Below, one piece after another: positions 1 to 9,830 of a stretch of DNA of 64,000 nt. The position numbers and the translations under genes are program-made. The notes under the pieces are model-generated. The model had not been told where the DNA came from and ran no database searches. It worked only from the letters and a program-made list of their open reading frames with translations. Within the stretch, counting starts at the first letter, position 1. Every line of letters starts with the position of its first letter. The DNA is taken from assembly GCA_049517335.1 (NCBI GenBank), contig JBEKSD010000001.1, positions 64,001-128,000 of the forward strand. Direction: 5' to 3'. This DNA comes from Candidatus Omnitrophota bacterium (GTDB taxonomy: Bacteria > Omnitrophota > Gorgyraeia > Gygaellales > Profunditerraquicolaceae).

Positions 1-1
1 G

Positions 2-1843
2 GATATTGAAAAAGGGTTTGAGCCGGAATATACGATATTGGTCGGAAGGAATAAGATTTTAGCTTCCCTGAAGAAGGAAGCCAAAGATAAAGATGTTGTT
101 TACCTGGCCACAGACCCGGACCGGGAAGGCGAGGCCATAGGCTGGCACCTTAAAGATAAGCTCTTCAAAAAGCAGAAAGTACTGCGGGTTACCTTCCATG
201 AGATTACCCCTGCCGCCGTCAGCAGTGCCTTTAAGCATCCGCGCGATTTCGACTCAAAAATGATTGAAGCGCAGGGCTCAAGGCGTATTCTTGACAGGCT
301 GGTAGGTTATTTCTTAAGCCCCTTGTTATGGAAAAAGATTAGCCGCGGCCTAAGTGCAGGAAGAGTGCAGTCGGTAGCCTTGAGGTTAATAATTGACAAG
401 GAAAGGGAAATCCAGAAGTTTGTCCCTCAGGAATACTGGGAGATAGAGGCGCAGTTGGGTAAGGCAGAGGCTGTTTTCAAGGCGAAACTGGAAAAAATTG
501 ACGCAGAAAAAGCGCAAATTAAAAACGGACCTGATGCAGAGAGAATTTGCGCAGATATCAAAACCAACCGTTTTAAAGTTACGCAGATAAAAAAGACGGA
601 AAAGAAGCGTAACCCCGAAGCGCCTTTTATAACCAGCACTCTGCAGCAGGAAGCGTTCAACAAGTTAAGGTTTAACGCGACCAAGACCATGATTATTGCC
701 CAGCAGCTTTATGAAGGCATTGATATAGGTCAGGAAAACCCCGTGGGCCTTATTTCTTACATGAGGACGGACTCCCCAAAAGTTGCGCCTGAAGCAATAG
801 CCGAAGTGAGGAACTTAATAAAAAGTAAATTCGGTAAAGATTATCTTCCGGATGAAGCGAATGTTTATAAGGTGAGGAAACTTGCCCAGGAGGCGCATGA
901 AGCGATAAGGCCGACTTTGATAGCTAGACCAGCGGAAAGCCTGCAAACTTACCTTAGCGCGGAACAGTATAAACTTTATGAGTTGATTTATAACCGTTTT
1001 CTATCCAGCCAGATGACCAGCGCGCGCTATCTTTCAACTTCCGTAGATATCAAGGCGGGTAAATACCTGTTTTCAGCTTCCGGAAGCGTTACTATATTTG
1101 ACGGATTTACGGCGCTCTATAATAAAAACGGCGATGAGAAAGAAAAGAATACAATACCCGATTTAGAGGAAGGCATGGACCTCGCGCTCCTAAAATTAAC
1201 CCCTTCGCAGCATTTTACCAAGCCGCCGGCAAGATATTCCGATAGCTCATTAGTCAAGGCTTTGGAAGAAGACGGGATAGGCCGGCCTTCTACTTATGCG
1301 CCCATAATTTATACCCTTCTTTTACGCAATTATGCGCGCAGGGTAAGGGGGTATTTCCAGCCATCGGAACTGGGGTTTATGGTCTGTGACCTTTTGGTAG
1401 AGTATTTCCCTAAAATCATGGATATCGGTTTTACGGCACTAATGGAAGAGGAACTGGATGAAGTTGAAGAGGGCAAAGCCGATAAACTTAAGGTGCTAAA
1501 AGATTTCTATGAACCGTTCAAAATCAGCCTTGATTATGCGCAGGCGAACATTAAAAAGGAAGTGGTTTTTACGGACCAGATTTGCGACAAATGCGGTAAG
1601 CCTCTGGTAGTAAAATGGGGAAGACGCGGGAAATTCTTAAGCTGTTCCGGTTTCCCTACCTGCAAGAATTCAAAATCCATAACCACTGGGATTAAATGTC
1701 CGCAACCCGGATGCACGGGAGAACTGATTGAACGCCGTTCAAAAAGGGGCTTCTTTTTCGGCTGTTCTAACTTTCCAAAATGCACTTTTACTTCGAAAAC
1801 CCTTCCCTCCGATAAGGAGCAGGGCAAAGAGGCCGAGGAGTAA
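2..1843 (+). CDS. topA: DNA topoisomerase I (5' end outside window)
   Basis: ATDPDREGE Toprim motif, SAGRVQS, ISYMRTDS catalytic Tyr, C-terminal Zn ribbons. Frame is open from base 2 (DIEKGFEPEY...). Confidence 0.97.
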   Translation, partial: DIEKGFEPEYTILVGRNKILASLKKEAKDKDVVYLATDPDREGEAIGWHLKDKLFKKQKVLRVTFHEITPAAVSSAFKHPRDFDSKMIEAQGSRRILDRLVGYFLSPLLWKKISRGLSAGRVQSVALRLIIDKEREIQKFVPQEYWEIEAQLGKAEAVFKAKLEKIDAEKAQIKNGPDAERICADIKTNRFKVTQIKKTEKKRNPEAPFITSTLQQEAFNKLRFNATKTMIIAQQLYEGIDIGQENPVGLISYMRTDSPKVAPEAIAEVRNLIKSKFGKDYLPDEANVYKVRKLAQEAHEAIRPTLIARPAESLQTYLSAEQYKLYELIYNRFLSSQMTSARYLSTSVDIKAGKYLFSASGSVTIFDGFTALYNKNGDEKEKNTIPDLEEGMDLALLKLTPSQHFTKPPARYSDSSLVKALEEDGIGRPSTYAPIIYTLLLRNYARRVRGYFQPSELGFMVCDLLVEYFPKIMDIGFTALMEEELDEVEEGKADKLKVLKDFYEPFKISLDYAQANIKKEVVFTDQICDKCGKPLVVKWGRRGKFLSCSGFPTCKNSKSITTGIKCPQPGCTGELIERRSKRGFFFGCSNFPKCTFTSKTLPSDKEQGKEAEE

Positions 1844-2712
1844 TGGAGAAGTATATCGGGAAATTTATCCGCTACCTTGAAATAGAAAAGAATTATTCTC
1901 CTCATACCATATTGAATTATAAACTGGACCTGGAGGATTTCAGTAAGTTCTTAAGCCCGGGTGATATTCAAAAAGTAGATTACCTGCTCTTAAGAAAATA
2001 TCTTGCCGTATTAAAAGAAAAGAATTTAAGCGCCCGCTCCGTCGGCCGTCGCTTATCCGCTTTACGCTCATTTTTTAAATTCCTGACGCGCGAAGGTTAC
2101 CTTAAAAATAACCCCATCCTTATGCTCCTCAGCCCCAAGTTGGACAAGCATCTGCCGCAATTCCTCACTGAAGAAGAGGTTGTTAAGTTAATTGAGAGCG
2201 CCTTTGCTCACGGCGCAGCAGACGAAAGGGGCTTGCGGGACAGGGCAATCCTGGAAACATTTTATTCAACCGGTATGCGTATTTCAGAATTGGTATCTTT
2301 AAGCGCGGAGGATATTGATTTTATCGGCGGCACGCTAAAAGCTTTCGGGAAAGGCAGGAAAGAGCGGCTCGTGCCTATCGGCGATGTGGCCATGAACGCG
2401 ATTAAAAAGTACCTTGATACGAGAAAAAAAGAGGACCGCGCGCTTTTTTTAAATAAAAACGGAAAACGCCTAACCACAAGGGGGGTACGTAATATCGTGG
2501 ATAAGTATATCCACCTCGCCGGGATAAGGCAGGGAATTTCTCCGCATACCTTAAGGCATTCATTTGCTACCCATATTCTAAACCGGGGGGCTGATTTGCG
2601 CACGGTCCAGGAGTTATTGGGGCATGCTAATTTATCAACAACGCAGATATATACCCACTTGACTACAGCTAAATTAAAGAGCGTTTATGATAAGGCGCAC
2701 CCGCATGCTTAA
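1843..2712 (+). CDS. xerC: Tyrosine recombinase XerC/XerD family
   Basis: GMRISEL, HTLRHSFATH, LLGH and TQIY motifs; follows topA. Confidence 0.88.
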   Translation: MEKYIGKFIRYLEIEKNYSPHTILNYKLDLEDFSKFLSPGDIQKVDYLLLRKYLAVLKEKNLSARSVGRRLSALRSFFKFLTREGYLKNNPILMLLSPKLDKHLPQFLTEEEVVKLIESAFAHGAADERGLRDRAILETFYSTGMRISELVSLSAEDIDFIGGTLKAFGKGRKERLVPIGDVAMNAIKKYLDTRKKEDRALFLNKNGKRLTTRGVRNIVDKYIHLAGIRQGISPHTLRHSFATHILNRGADLRTVQELLGHANLSTTQIYTHLTTAKLKSVYDKAHPHA

Positions 2713-2719
2713 TTGAAGG

Positions 2720-3991
2720 ATGTTTATAATCTACGATTTTATATTTTTTCTCTTCATTTTAATACAGTTCCCCGTTTATTTATTTAAGGGGAAGCTGAAG
2801 AAAGATTTTTTGCCGCGCTTTGGCCTCCTGCCGCGCAACCTTGATTTAGGCAGGCCCATATGGATACACGCGGTAAGCGTAGGAGAAGCTCAGGCGGTAA
2901 AGGCGCTGCTGGAGGAATTAAGGAAAATTTACGTGGGAAAAAAGTTTGTTATTTCTACGGTAACGGTAACAGGGAATAAAATTGTCCGGGGATACGCTGA
3001 AAAAAACGATTTTGTTACTTACCTGCCGTTGGATTTAAGTTTCATTGTCAGGCACGTAGTGGACAAAATTAACCCGTCTCTCTTTATCATTGTGGAAACC
3101 GAGATATGGCCGAATATAATCTCTGCCCTGCATCAGAAGAATATCCCTGTTGTCCTGGTAAACGGCAGGATTTCGGAGGCATCGTTACGCGGGTACCTGG
3201 CGGTAAAATTTCTACTAAAAGATGTTTTAGGCAGGATTTCCGCCTGCTGCGTCCAGTCAGAGCGCGATGCTTTAAGGTTTAAGATGATCGGGCTTAAGGC
3301 GGACAAAATCAGGGCTACCGGGAATATGAAGTTTGATGCCGCGCTGGAAAAGGGAGACTCCAAGGTAAACAATCGGCTGCGGGATAAGCTTGGGTTTAAA
3401 GGAATGGATATGCTTCTGGTCTGTGGTTCAACGCACCGGGGCGAAGAAGAAATAATCCTCAGGGCGTATAAAAAAATACTGGTTAAGTTCGGAAATTTAA
3501 GATTACTTATTGCGCCAAGGCATCCGGAGAGGAGTAAAGAAGTTGAGGGATTAATCTTAAAGTACAACTTTGACAGCGCAATGGTATCTACCTTGCCGCT
3601 AGGCTCGGAGCATCGCAATAAAACCGTCTTTATCCTTGATACCGTCGGCTCCCTGGCTGATTACTATAGCATTGCGGATATAGTTTTTGTCGGCGGAAGC
3701 TTAATTAATAAGGGCGGGCACAATATCCTTGAGCCGGCGGGTTTCAGTAAGCCTGTTATTTTCGGCCCATTTATGTCTAATTTCCGTGATATAGCCGGTT
3801 TATTCATAAACAATAATGCCGCGATAATGCTGCATAATGCTTTAGAACTGAGTCCAGTTATCAGCAGGCTGCTGCATAATCCTCAGGAAGCACAGATGCT
3901 GGGCAGAAAAGGCAATGATCTTATTACGCTGAATAAAGGCGCTACGCTAAGGAATGTGGAAGTTATAAAAGAGGTTCTCTCCCCTTTTTAA
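2720..3991 (+). CDS. waaA: Kdo transferase
   Basis: IWIHAVSVGE, PRHPER and GGHNILEPA motifs. Confidence 0.95.
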   Translation: MFIIYDFIFFLFILIQFPVYLFKGKLKKDFLPRFGLLPRNLDLGRPIWIHAVSVGEAQAVKALLEELRKIYVGKKFVISTVTVTGNKIVRGYAEKNDFVTYLPLDLSFIVRHVVDKINPSLFIIVETEIWPNIISALHQKNIPVVLVNGRISEASLRGYLAVKFLLKDVLGRISACCVQSERDALRFKMIGLKADKIRATGNMKFDAALEKGDSKVNNRLRDKLGFKGMDMLLVCGSTHRGEEEIILRAYKKILVKFGNLRLLIAPRHPERSKEVEGLILKYNFDSAMVSTLPLGSEHRNKTVFILDTVGSLADYYSIADIVFVGGSLINKGGHNILEPAGFSKPVIFGPFMSNFRDIAGLFINNNAAIMLHNALELSPVISRLLHNPQEAQMLGRKGNDLITLNKGATLRNVEVIKEVLSPF

Positions 3992-4004
3992 GATTTGTTT
4001 TTTA

Positions 4005-4013
4005 TGGTATTAT
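4005..4013 (+). promoter_or_regulatory. Extended -10 promoter (TG-G-TATTAT), probably leaderless
   Basis: TGgTATTAT ends 7 nt before the ATG at 4021; no SD-like sequence in between. Confidence 0.45.
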
Positions 4014-4020
4014 TTATCCT

Positions 4021-4740
4021 ATGGAAATACGGGCAAGGCAAAAGGGTAACATAATAATTCTAGAGTTAGCCGGGCGCATTGACGTTAATTCCGCCAACCT
4101 CGTGGAAGCGGTGGGTCAGTGCGTGCGTGACGGCTACAATGAGGTTCTCTGTAATCTTGAGGATATTGAGTTCATTGACTACATGGGCGTTTCGGTTATT
4201 GTCATTGCCTACAAAGAGGTTGTTAATAACAACGGCAGGATGAAATTTTGTTGCGTCCCCGCCCATTTAAAGGGGGTATTTTCCGTAGCCGGGCTGGAGA
4301 GGGTAATGGAATTCTATGCGACTGAAGACCTTGCTTTAGAAACCTTTAATGAAGATAAGGTTATTGAGAAGATTCAGAAGTTGCAGCTAAGAAGGCGTTT
4401 TAAGCGCCTGCCTATAGATATAAAAATTGAAATAAAACAAAAACGCGCAGAGCGTCCAGTTTGCCTTAATGCGGATATCTTGAATTTAAGCGCCATAGGC
4501 GCCTACATATACGGTTGCAGCAAATTTAAGTTAGGCGACGAACTGCTTATTAAGCTTAAGCTTTCTCCCAAGGGTGAGGAAATTGAACTTAATTCCAAAG
4601 TAGTCTGGCTTCCTGACAAACAGGTGCAGCCGCAAACCTGGCCGGGAATGGGGGTTGAATTTATCAATTTGTCCGGCTCTGTGCAGCAGAAGCTCCTTGA
4701 ATTTATCGAAAGAAACCTCTCTTTTATGTCCTCGGATTAG
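4021..4740 (+). CDS. STAS (anti-sigma antagonist-like) + PilZ domain protein
   Basis: N-terminal STAS-like segment (LAGRID...FIDYMG); C-terminal PilZ motifs RRFKR and NLSAIG, plus GMGVEF. Confidence 0.85.
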   Translation: MEIRARQKGNIIILELAGRIDVNSANLVEAVGQCVRDGYNEVLCNLEDIEFIDYMGVSVIVIAYKEVVNNNGRMKFCCVPAHLKGVFSVAGLERVMEFYATEDLALETFNEDKVIEKIQKLQLRRRFKRLPIDIKIEIKQKRAERPVCLNADILNLSAIGAYIYGCSKFKLGDELLIKLKLSPKGEEIELNSKVVWLPDKQVQPQTWPGMGVEFINLSGSVQQKLLEFIERNLSFMSSD

Positions 4741-4802
4741 CTTCGGGGGTACCCTGGTGATAACATATATAAATTCGCCGTTTTACGGAGGAAATTTTTA
4801 AG

Positions 4803-5840
4803 ATGTTAGAATACCTCTATAGCCTTGCTAGCGACAAAAGAAAGGGCGTAATTGCGCAGTCCTTAAAAGCCATACTCTTTGTCCTTGCTATTATCTACGG
4901 AGCATTCATCAGGCTGCTTATTTGTCTCTCTTTAATCAGACGTAAAAAGCTCCTTTTAAAGGTTATTAGCGTAGGGAATATTACTCTGGGGGGTACAGGG
5001 AAGACCTCATTAGTTGAGTTTATCGCACTTAAGCTTAAAAATAACGGCCATAGGAGCGCAATATTAAGCCGGGGTTACAAAAGTGCGAAAGGAAATATCG
5101 GGGATGAGCCGGTCATGCTTGCGGAAAAGTTAAGTGGGGTAGAGGTGATTACCGGTAAAGACAGAATAAGTTCCGCTAATCAAGCAGCAGCTATTCCGGG
5201 CGTAGATACGGTCATTTTAGATGATGCTTTCCAGCAGTGGAGAATTATCAAGGACCTTGATATTGTTCTCATTAACGCCTTGGAGCCGTTCGGGAATTTA
5301 CAAATGCTTCCCCGCGGTATTTTACGCGAGCCGCTGTCATCGCTTAAGCGCGCCGGTATTTTTGTCATTACCAAAACCAATTTAGTCAGGGATACGCAAA
5401 AAATAAGACAACTATTGAATAAAATAAATCCTGCTGCGCAAGTTTTTGAAGCAGTGCATTTAGCAGAAGGTTTTTATAGTATTAATAATAAAGAAAAGAT
5501 TATGGGCCCTGAGTCTTTAAAGGGTAAAACTGCTCTAATTTTTTCCGGCATAGGGGATCCGGATTCGTTTGAAAGGCTGCTCTCTGCCCAAGGCTTGAAA
5601 ATTAGCTTGTCTTTTAAATTCCCTGACCACCACAATTATGCAAAGCATGATTTAGACAGTATTATCAGCGCTGCGCAGGGTGAAAATATTGATACCATAA
5701 TTACCACGGAAAAGGATGCTGTCCGGCTTAAGGGACTGGCATTACCGCAGGGGTTAGAGATTCTGGTTCTAAAAATAAAACTGGCCATAATAAATGAAGA
5801 AAAATTCATCAGCCGATTACTCGGCATTTATCCTGCTTAA
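4803..5840 (+). CDS. lpxK: Tetraacyldisaccharide 4'-kinase
   Basis: VISVGNITLGGTGKT, SRGY, DDAFQ, LPRGILREP and TTEKD motifs. Confidence 0.96.
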   Translation: MLEYLYSLASDKRKGVIAQSLKAILFVLAIIYGAFIRLLICLSLIRRKKLLLKVISVGNITLGGTGKTSLVEFIALKLKNNGHRSAILSRGYKSAKGNIGDEPVMLAEKLSGVEVITGKDRISSANQAAAIPGVDTVILDDAFQQWRIIKDLDIVLINALEPFGNLQMLPRGILREPLSSLKRAGIFVITKTNLVRDTQKIRQLLNKINPAAQVFEAVHLAEGFYSINNKEKIMGPESLKGKTALIFSGIGDPDSFERLLSAQGLKISLSFKFPDHHNYAKHDLDSIISAAQGENIDTIITTEKDAVRLKGLALPQGLEILVLKIKLAIINEEKFISRLLGIYPA

Positions 5841-7740
5841 GGTTTTAGGCCCGCTTTTTAGGTCTTTACCAGTCGGTTTCTGCTATTTTTTCGGCAAGGC
5901 CTTGGGTTTTTTTATTTATCATCTTGACAGGCGGCACAGGGAGATAGCCTACGCCAATATCAAAGAAGCGCTTGGACTCAAATTTAAGCCAAATGAAATT
6001 TCCGGCATCACCAAAAGTTTCTATCAGTCTTTCGGCCAGAGCATAATTGAGCTCTTTCTTATTCCCCGTATTGATAAAAAATATTTGAAGAAGTATGTTG
6101 ACCTTGTGGGAGAAAAGAATATCCATAATGCGCTTAAGAAAGGCAGGGGGGTTATTTTGCTTGTGGTGCATGAATGCGGCTGGGAGCTTTCCAATATTGT
6201 CGCAGCTTCTTTAGGCGTTCCTTTCAATGTAATTGTCCGCGACCAGGGTTTACCCCGCTTAAACGGCCTGTTAAATGATTTCCGCCGCCAAAAAGGCGCC
6301 AAAGTGATAAGCAGAGGCGGGGAATTACGACAGCTGGTTTCGGCACTAAAAAATAACGAATCTGTGGCAATGACTTTGGATCAGGGAGGCTCAAGCGGTG
6401 AGTTGGTTAAGTTTTTCGGCAGGAACGCTTCAATATCTAGCGGGGCAATCAGGCTGGCTTTAAAATACGGCACAGAGGTCCTGCCGGTTTTCTTTGAGAG
6501 AACCAGGGGCGCTTATGCGCGGATAATTATAAATGCGTCGCTTAAGATAGAGAAGAGCGGGAATCCGGAAGAAGATTTGCATAATAATTTGCAGAAAGCC
6601 ATAAATATTTTTGAAGGACATATTGCCGCGCATCCTAAGGAGTACCTTTGGACTTATAAAATCTGGAAATATAGCGATTTAAAAAGGGTTTTGCTGCTTT
6701 CGGACGGGTTGCCCGGCCATTTACGCCAGGTGCAGGCGGCTGCAGAGATTATCAAAGAACTCCTTAAAGAAAAAGGGGCTCAAACCGAACTGCGCAGCGA
6801 GGTACTTGCTTTCCGGAATAAAGCCGCTAAAACCGCTTCTCTTTTAAGCAGTTGTTTTGCCTCAAAATTCAGCTGTCAAGGTTGTTCATTATGCCTGAAA
6901 AAATTACTCAAAAAAGGTAGCTACGACAGCTTAAGCCTTTATAAACCGGATATTGTGATTTCCTGTTCTTCTTCTGTATCTGGAATCAATTATATTATTG
7001 CCAAGATTAATATGGCTAAATCAATTGTAATCATGCGCCCCTCCTTATTAAACTTAAATAAGTTTGATTTAATCATTGCGCCTAAACATGATAACTTAGG
7101 CAGAAAAAAGAATGTTTTAGAAATAAACGGCGCTCTAAATTTGATTAACGAGGGATACCTTAAAACTCAAGGCAACCTGCTTAAAGAATACATCCCCGGC
7201 TATAACCCCAAAGCCATTTATATCGGCGTATTAATCGGAGGGGACAGCAAAAAATTTAAGCTCATTGAGGGAATGATGAGAGAACTTATTCTTGAATTAA
7301 AGAAAGCAGCAGATGAGTTTGATACCGGAATCCTGCTGACTACTTCGCGCAGGACGCCGGAGAAAATAGAAACACTCCTTAAGGATGAGTTTAAGGATTA
7401 TCCTCGCGCCAAACTGCTGGTCATTGCCAATGAAAATAATATCCCGCAGACTGTAGGAGGGATTTTAAGCTTAAGCAGCGTCATCGTAACCAGCCCAGAG
7501 AGTATCTCAATGGTTTCAGAAGCTGCAAGCAGCGGAAAACCAACCATCGTTTTTAACATGCCCAGACTTTCTAAAAAGCATAAGACTTTCCTTCAGAATC
7601 TTTCTCAGGATAGGTTCATTTGCTTGATTAAAATTAATGAAGTGGCCGGGAACATAAAAACCCTATTAACACCGGGAAATAAGCTTAATAAGCTTGACGA
7701 CGCTATCCTGGTAAAGGAAGCGTTAAGGAAAATACTATGA
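5794..7740 (+). CDS. Lipid A late acyltransferase (LpxL-like) fused to ELM1/GtrOC1-like domain
   Basis: N-terminal HxxxxE (HECGWE), DQ and YLWTYKIWK motifs; C-terminal SDGLPGH, LIGGDS, TTSRRTP and ESISMVSEA motifs typical of the ELM1 family. Confidence 0.85.
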   Translation: MKKNSSADYSAFILLKVLGPLFRSLPVGFCYFFGKALGFFIYHLDRRHREIAYANIKEALGLKFKPNEISGITKSFYQSFGQSIIELFLIPRIDKKYLKKYVDLVGEKNIHNALKKGRGVILLVVHECGWELSNIVAASLGVPFNVIVRDQGLPRLNGLLNDFRRQKGAKVISRGGELRQLVSALKNNESVAMTLDQGGSSGELVKFFGRNASISSGAIRLALKYGTEVLPVFFERTRGAYARIIINASLKIEKSGNPEEDLHNNLQKAINIFEGHIAAHPKEYLWTYKIWKYSDLKRVLLLSDGLPGHLRQVQAAAEIIKELLKEKGAQTELRSEVLAFRNKAAKTASLLSSCFASKFSCQGCSLCLKKLLKKGSYDSLSLYKPDIVISCSSSVSGINYIIAKINMAKSIVIMRPSLLNLNKFDLIIAPKHDNLGRKKNVLEINGALNLINEGYLKTQGNLLKEYIPGYNPKAIYIGVLIGGDSKKFKLIEGMMRELILELKKAADEFDTGILLTTSRRTPEKIETLLKDEFKDYPRAKLLVIANENNIPQTVGGILSLSSVIVTSPESISMVSEAASSGKPTIVFNMPRLSKKHKTFLQNLSQDRFICLIKINEVAGNIKTLLTPGNKLNKLDDAILVKEALRKIL

Positions 7741-9830
7741 ATGTTTTACAGGTATTGCCCCAATTAAATGTAGGCGGCGTTGAGACAGGTACGCTTGACT
7801 TTGCCAGATATCTGGTTAAGGGAGGGCACAAAGCTGTAGTGGTTTCAGCAGGAGGAGCCCTGGTAGGAGAACTGGAATCTTCCGGGGCTGTTCACTATCA
7901 GTTGCCGGTGGAAAGGAAATCATTAGTTAAAATGCTAAAAGCTGTTCCGGCTCTGGTTGAGATAATTAAAAAAGAAAAAATTGACATCGTCCATGCGCGT
8001 TCCCGCGTGCCTGCCTGGATAGCTTATTTTGCCTGCCGCCGCACCAACGCTGTTTTTATCACTACCTGTCACGGTTATTATAGGAAACATTTTTTCAGCT
8101 CGGTAATGGGATGGGGTAAGCGGGTAATCGTTTTAAGTAACATTATCGGCAGGCACATGATTGAGGATTTTTCCGTCCCATATGAGCGCATAAGGTTGGT
8201 TCCCCGCAGCGTGGATTTGGAGAAGTTTAAATATATAAGCCCTGACACAAAGAGAAAAGATGAGTTCAATATCGGCATAATCGGCAGGATCACGCCTTTA
8301 AAAGGACACCTGCATTTTATAAAAGCGATGGCCAAAGTTTACCGCGTAATTCCGCGCTTGAAAATCTGGATTGTCGGAGAGGCACCGGTTTCCAAACAGG
8401 TATATAAAGAGCAGGTCCAGCTTTTAGTCAGGAGGCTGGGCTTAAGCCATTGCACCGAATTCTTAGGTACGCAAAGAGATATACCCGGTATCTTAGCTAA
8501 CCTTGACCTGCTGGTCTTAGCGACAACCACCCATGAGGCCTTCGGCAGGGTAATCCTGGAAGCGCATGCTTCAGGAGTGCCGGTTGTAGCGACAAAAGTC
8601 GGCGGGGTGGTGGATATTATTGACGACGGCTTAACCGGCCTGCTGGTTAACCCCGCAGACCCCGGCAGTATGGCTGAGGCAGCACTTAAGATATTCAAGG
8701 ATAAGCAGCTGGCCCGCTCGCTCGCTGAGAACGCTTACAGGAAAGTAAAAGAAAAATACAATGTTGAGCTTATGGTTAAAAATACGCTTGATGTCTACCA
8801 TGATGCGCTGAACAATTTTAAAATCCTGATCATTAAACTAAGTTCTTTAGGCGATATCATCCTTTCAACTGCCGCGATAAGGGCTATAAGAGAGAAATTC
8901 GGGCAGCATTATAAAATCAGTTTTCTTATCGGGGAAGAATCAAAGGATGCGCTTTTAAGGTGTCCTTATATTGACGAATTATTGGTCGCGGATTTTCAGG
9001 GTAAAGACAGAGGGTTTAAGGGCCTACTCAAGATGGTCGCGGATTTAAAAAAGAAGTGTTTTGATATAGTTATTGATTTGCAGAATAACAGGAAGAGTCA
9101 TATCTTGTCATATCTTTCTTTGGCGCTTAAACGCTACGGGTACGATAATAAGAAGTTCGGATTTCTCTTGAATTACCGCATTAAAGACGCTAAGGCGCCT
9201 ATTGACCCGGTTACGCATCAGTTCAGGATTTTAAAAATGCTGGGGATAGATTTAAAAGATAACCGGCTTGAACTCTGGCCGTCTAAAGAAGACGAGGAGC
9301 ACGTTGAAAGTTTCCTGAATACCCAGTGGTTAAGCCCGAACCAGAAATTAGTGGGAATCAATATTTCAGCCAGCCCGCGCTGGCTTACTAAGAGCTGGCC
9401 GGAAAAACATATAGTAAAACTCTGCGAGGAACTGGGTTTTAAGGATATGCGCGTTGTCCTTACCGGCACGGAAAAAGATATCCCTTACGCAGAGTCGTTA
9501 ACCAACAGCGTTAAGAATACTAAATTAATAAACGCCTGCGGCACGACTTCGGTGAACCAACTGGCATGCCTGATTAAAAGGTGTGGCGTATATATTTCAG
9601 CGGATTCTTCTCCGTTGCATATCGCCTCAAGTGTCGGCACGCCTTTTATCGCCCTGTTCGGTCCGACTGACCCGCGAAGACATCTGCCGCCCTCCGCAAA
9701 TAATTATATTTTAATAAAAAAGGATATATCCTGCAGCCCGTGTTATAAGCCTGAATGCAGAAGCAAGAGGTGCCTAGAGCTGATAACCCCGCAGGAAGTA
9801 TTGGAAGCAGTAGAAAAACTAATAAAGTGA
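7737..9830 (+). CDS. GT4 glycosyltransferase fused to GT9 heptosyltransferase
   Basis: GGVE, HARSR and EAFGRVILEA (GT4), then IIKLSSLGDII and DSSPLHIA...LFGPT (GT9). Confidence 0.9.
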   Translation: MNVLQVLPQLNVGGVETGTLDFARYLVKGGHKAVVVSAGGALVGELESSGAVHYQLPVERKSLVKMLKAVPALVEIIKKEKIDIVHARSRVPAWIAYFACRRTNAVFITTCHGYYRKHFFSSVMGWGKRVIVLSNIIGRHMIEDFSVPYERIRLVPRSVDLEKFKYISPDTKRKDEFNIGIIGRITPLKGHLHFIKAMAKVYRVIPRLKIWIVGEAPVSKQVYKEQVQLLVRRLGLSHCTEFLGTQRDIPGILANLDLLVLATTTHEAFGRVILEAHASGVPVVATKVGGVVDIIDDGLTGLLVNPADPGSMAEAALKIFKDKQLARSLAENAYRKVKEKYNVELMVKNTLDVYHDALNNFKILIIKLSSLGDIILSTAAIRAIREKFGQHYKISFLIGEESKDALLRCPYIDELLVADFQGKDRGFKGLLKMVADLKKKCFDIVIDLQNNRKSHILSYLSLALKRYGYDNKKFGFLLNYRIKDAKAPIDPVTHQFRILKMLGIDLKDNRLELWPSKEDEEHVESFLNTQWLSPNQKLVGINISASPRWLTKSWPEKHIVKLCEELGFKDMRVVLTGTEKDIPYAESLTNSVKNTKLINACGTTSVNQLACLIKRCGVYISADSSPLHIASSVGTPFIALFGPTDPRRHLPPSANNYILIKKDISCSPCYKPECRSKRCLELITPQEVLEAVEKLIK

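Noticed and set aside
1843-2712. Phage or island integrase
   Set aside because: Size, motifs and the topA-xerC context indicate the housekeeping Xer recombinase; no att site or cargo nearby.
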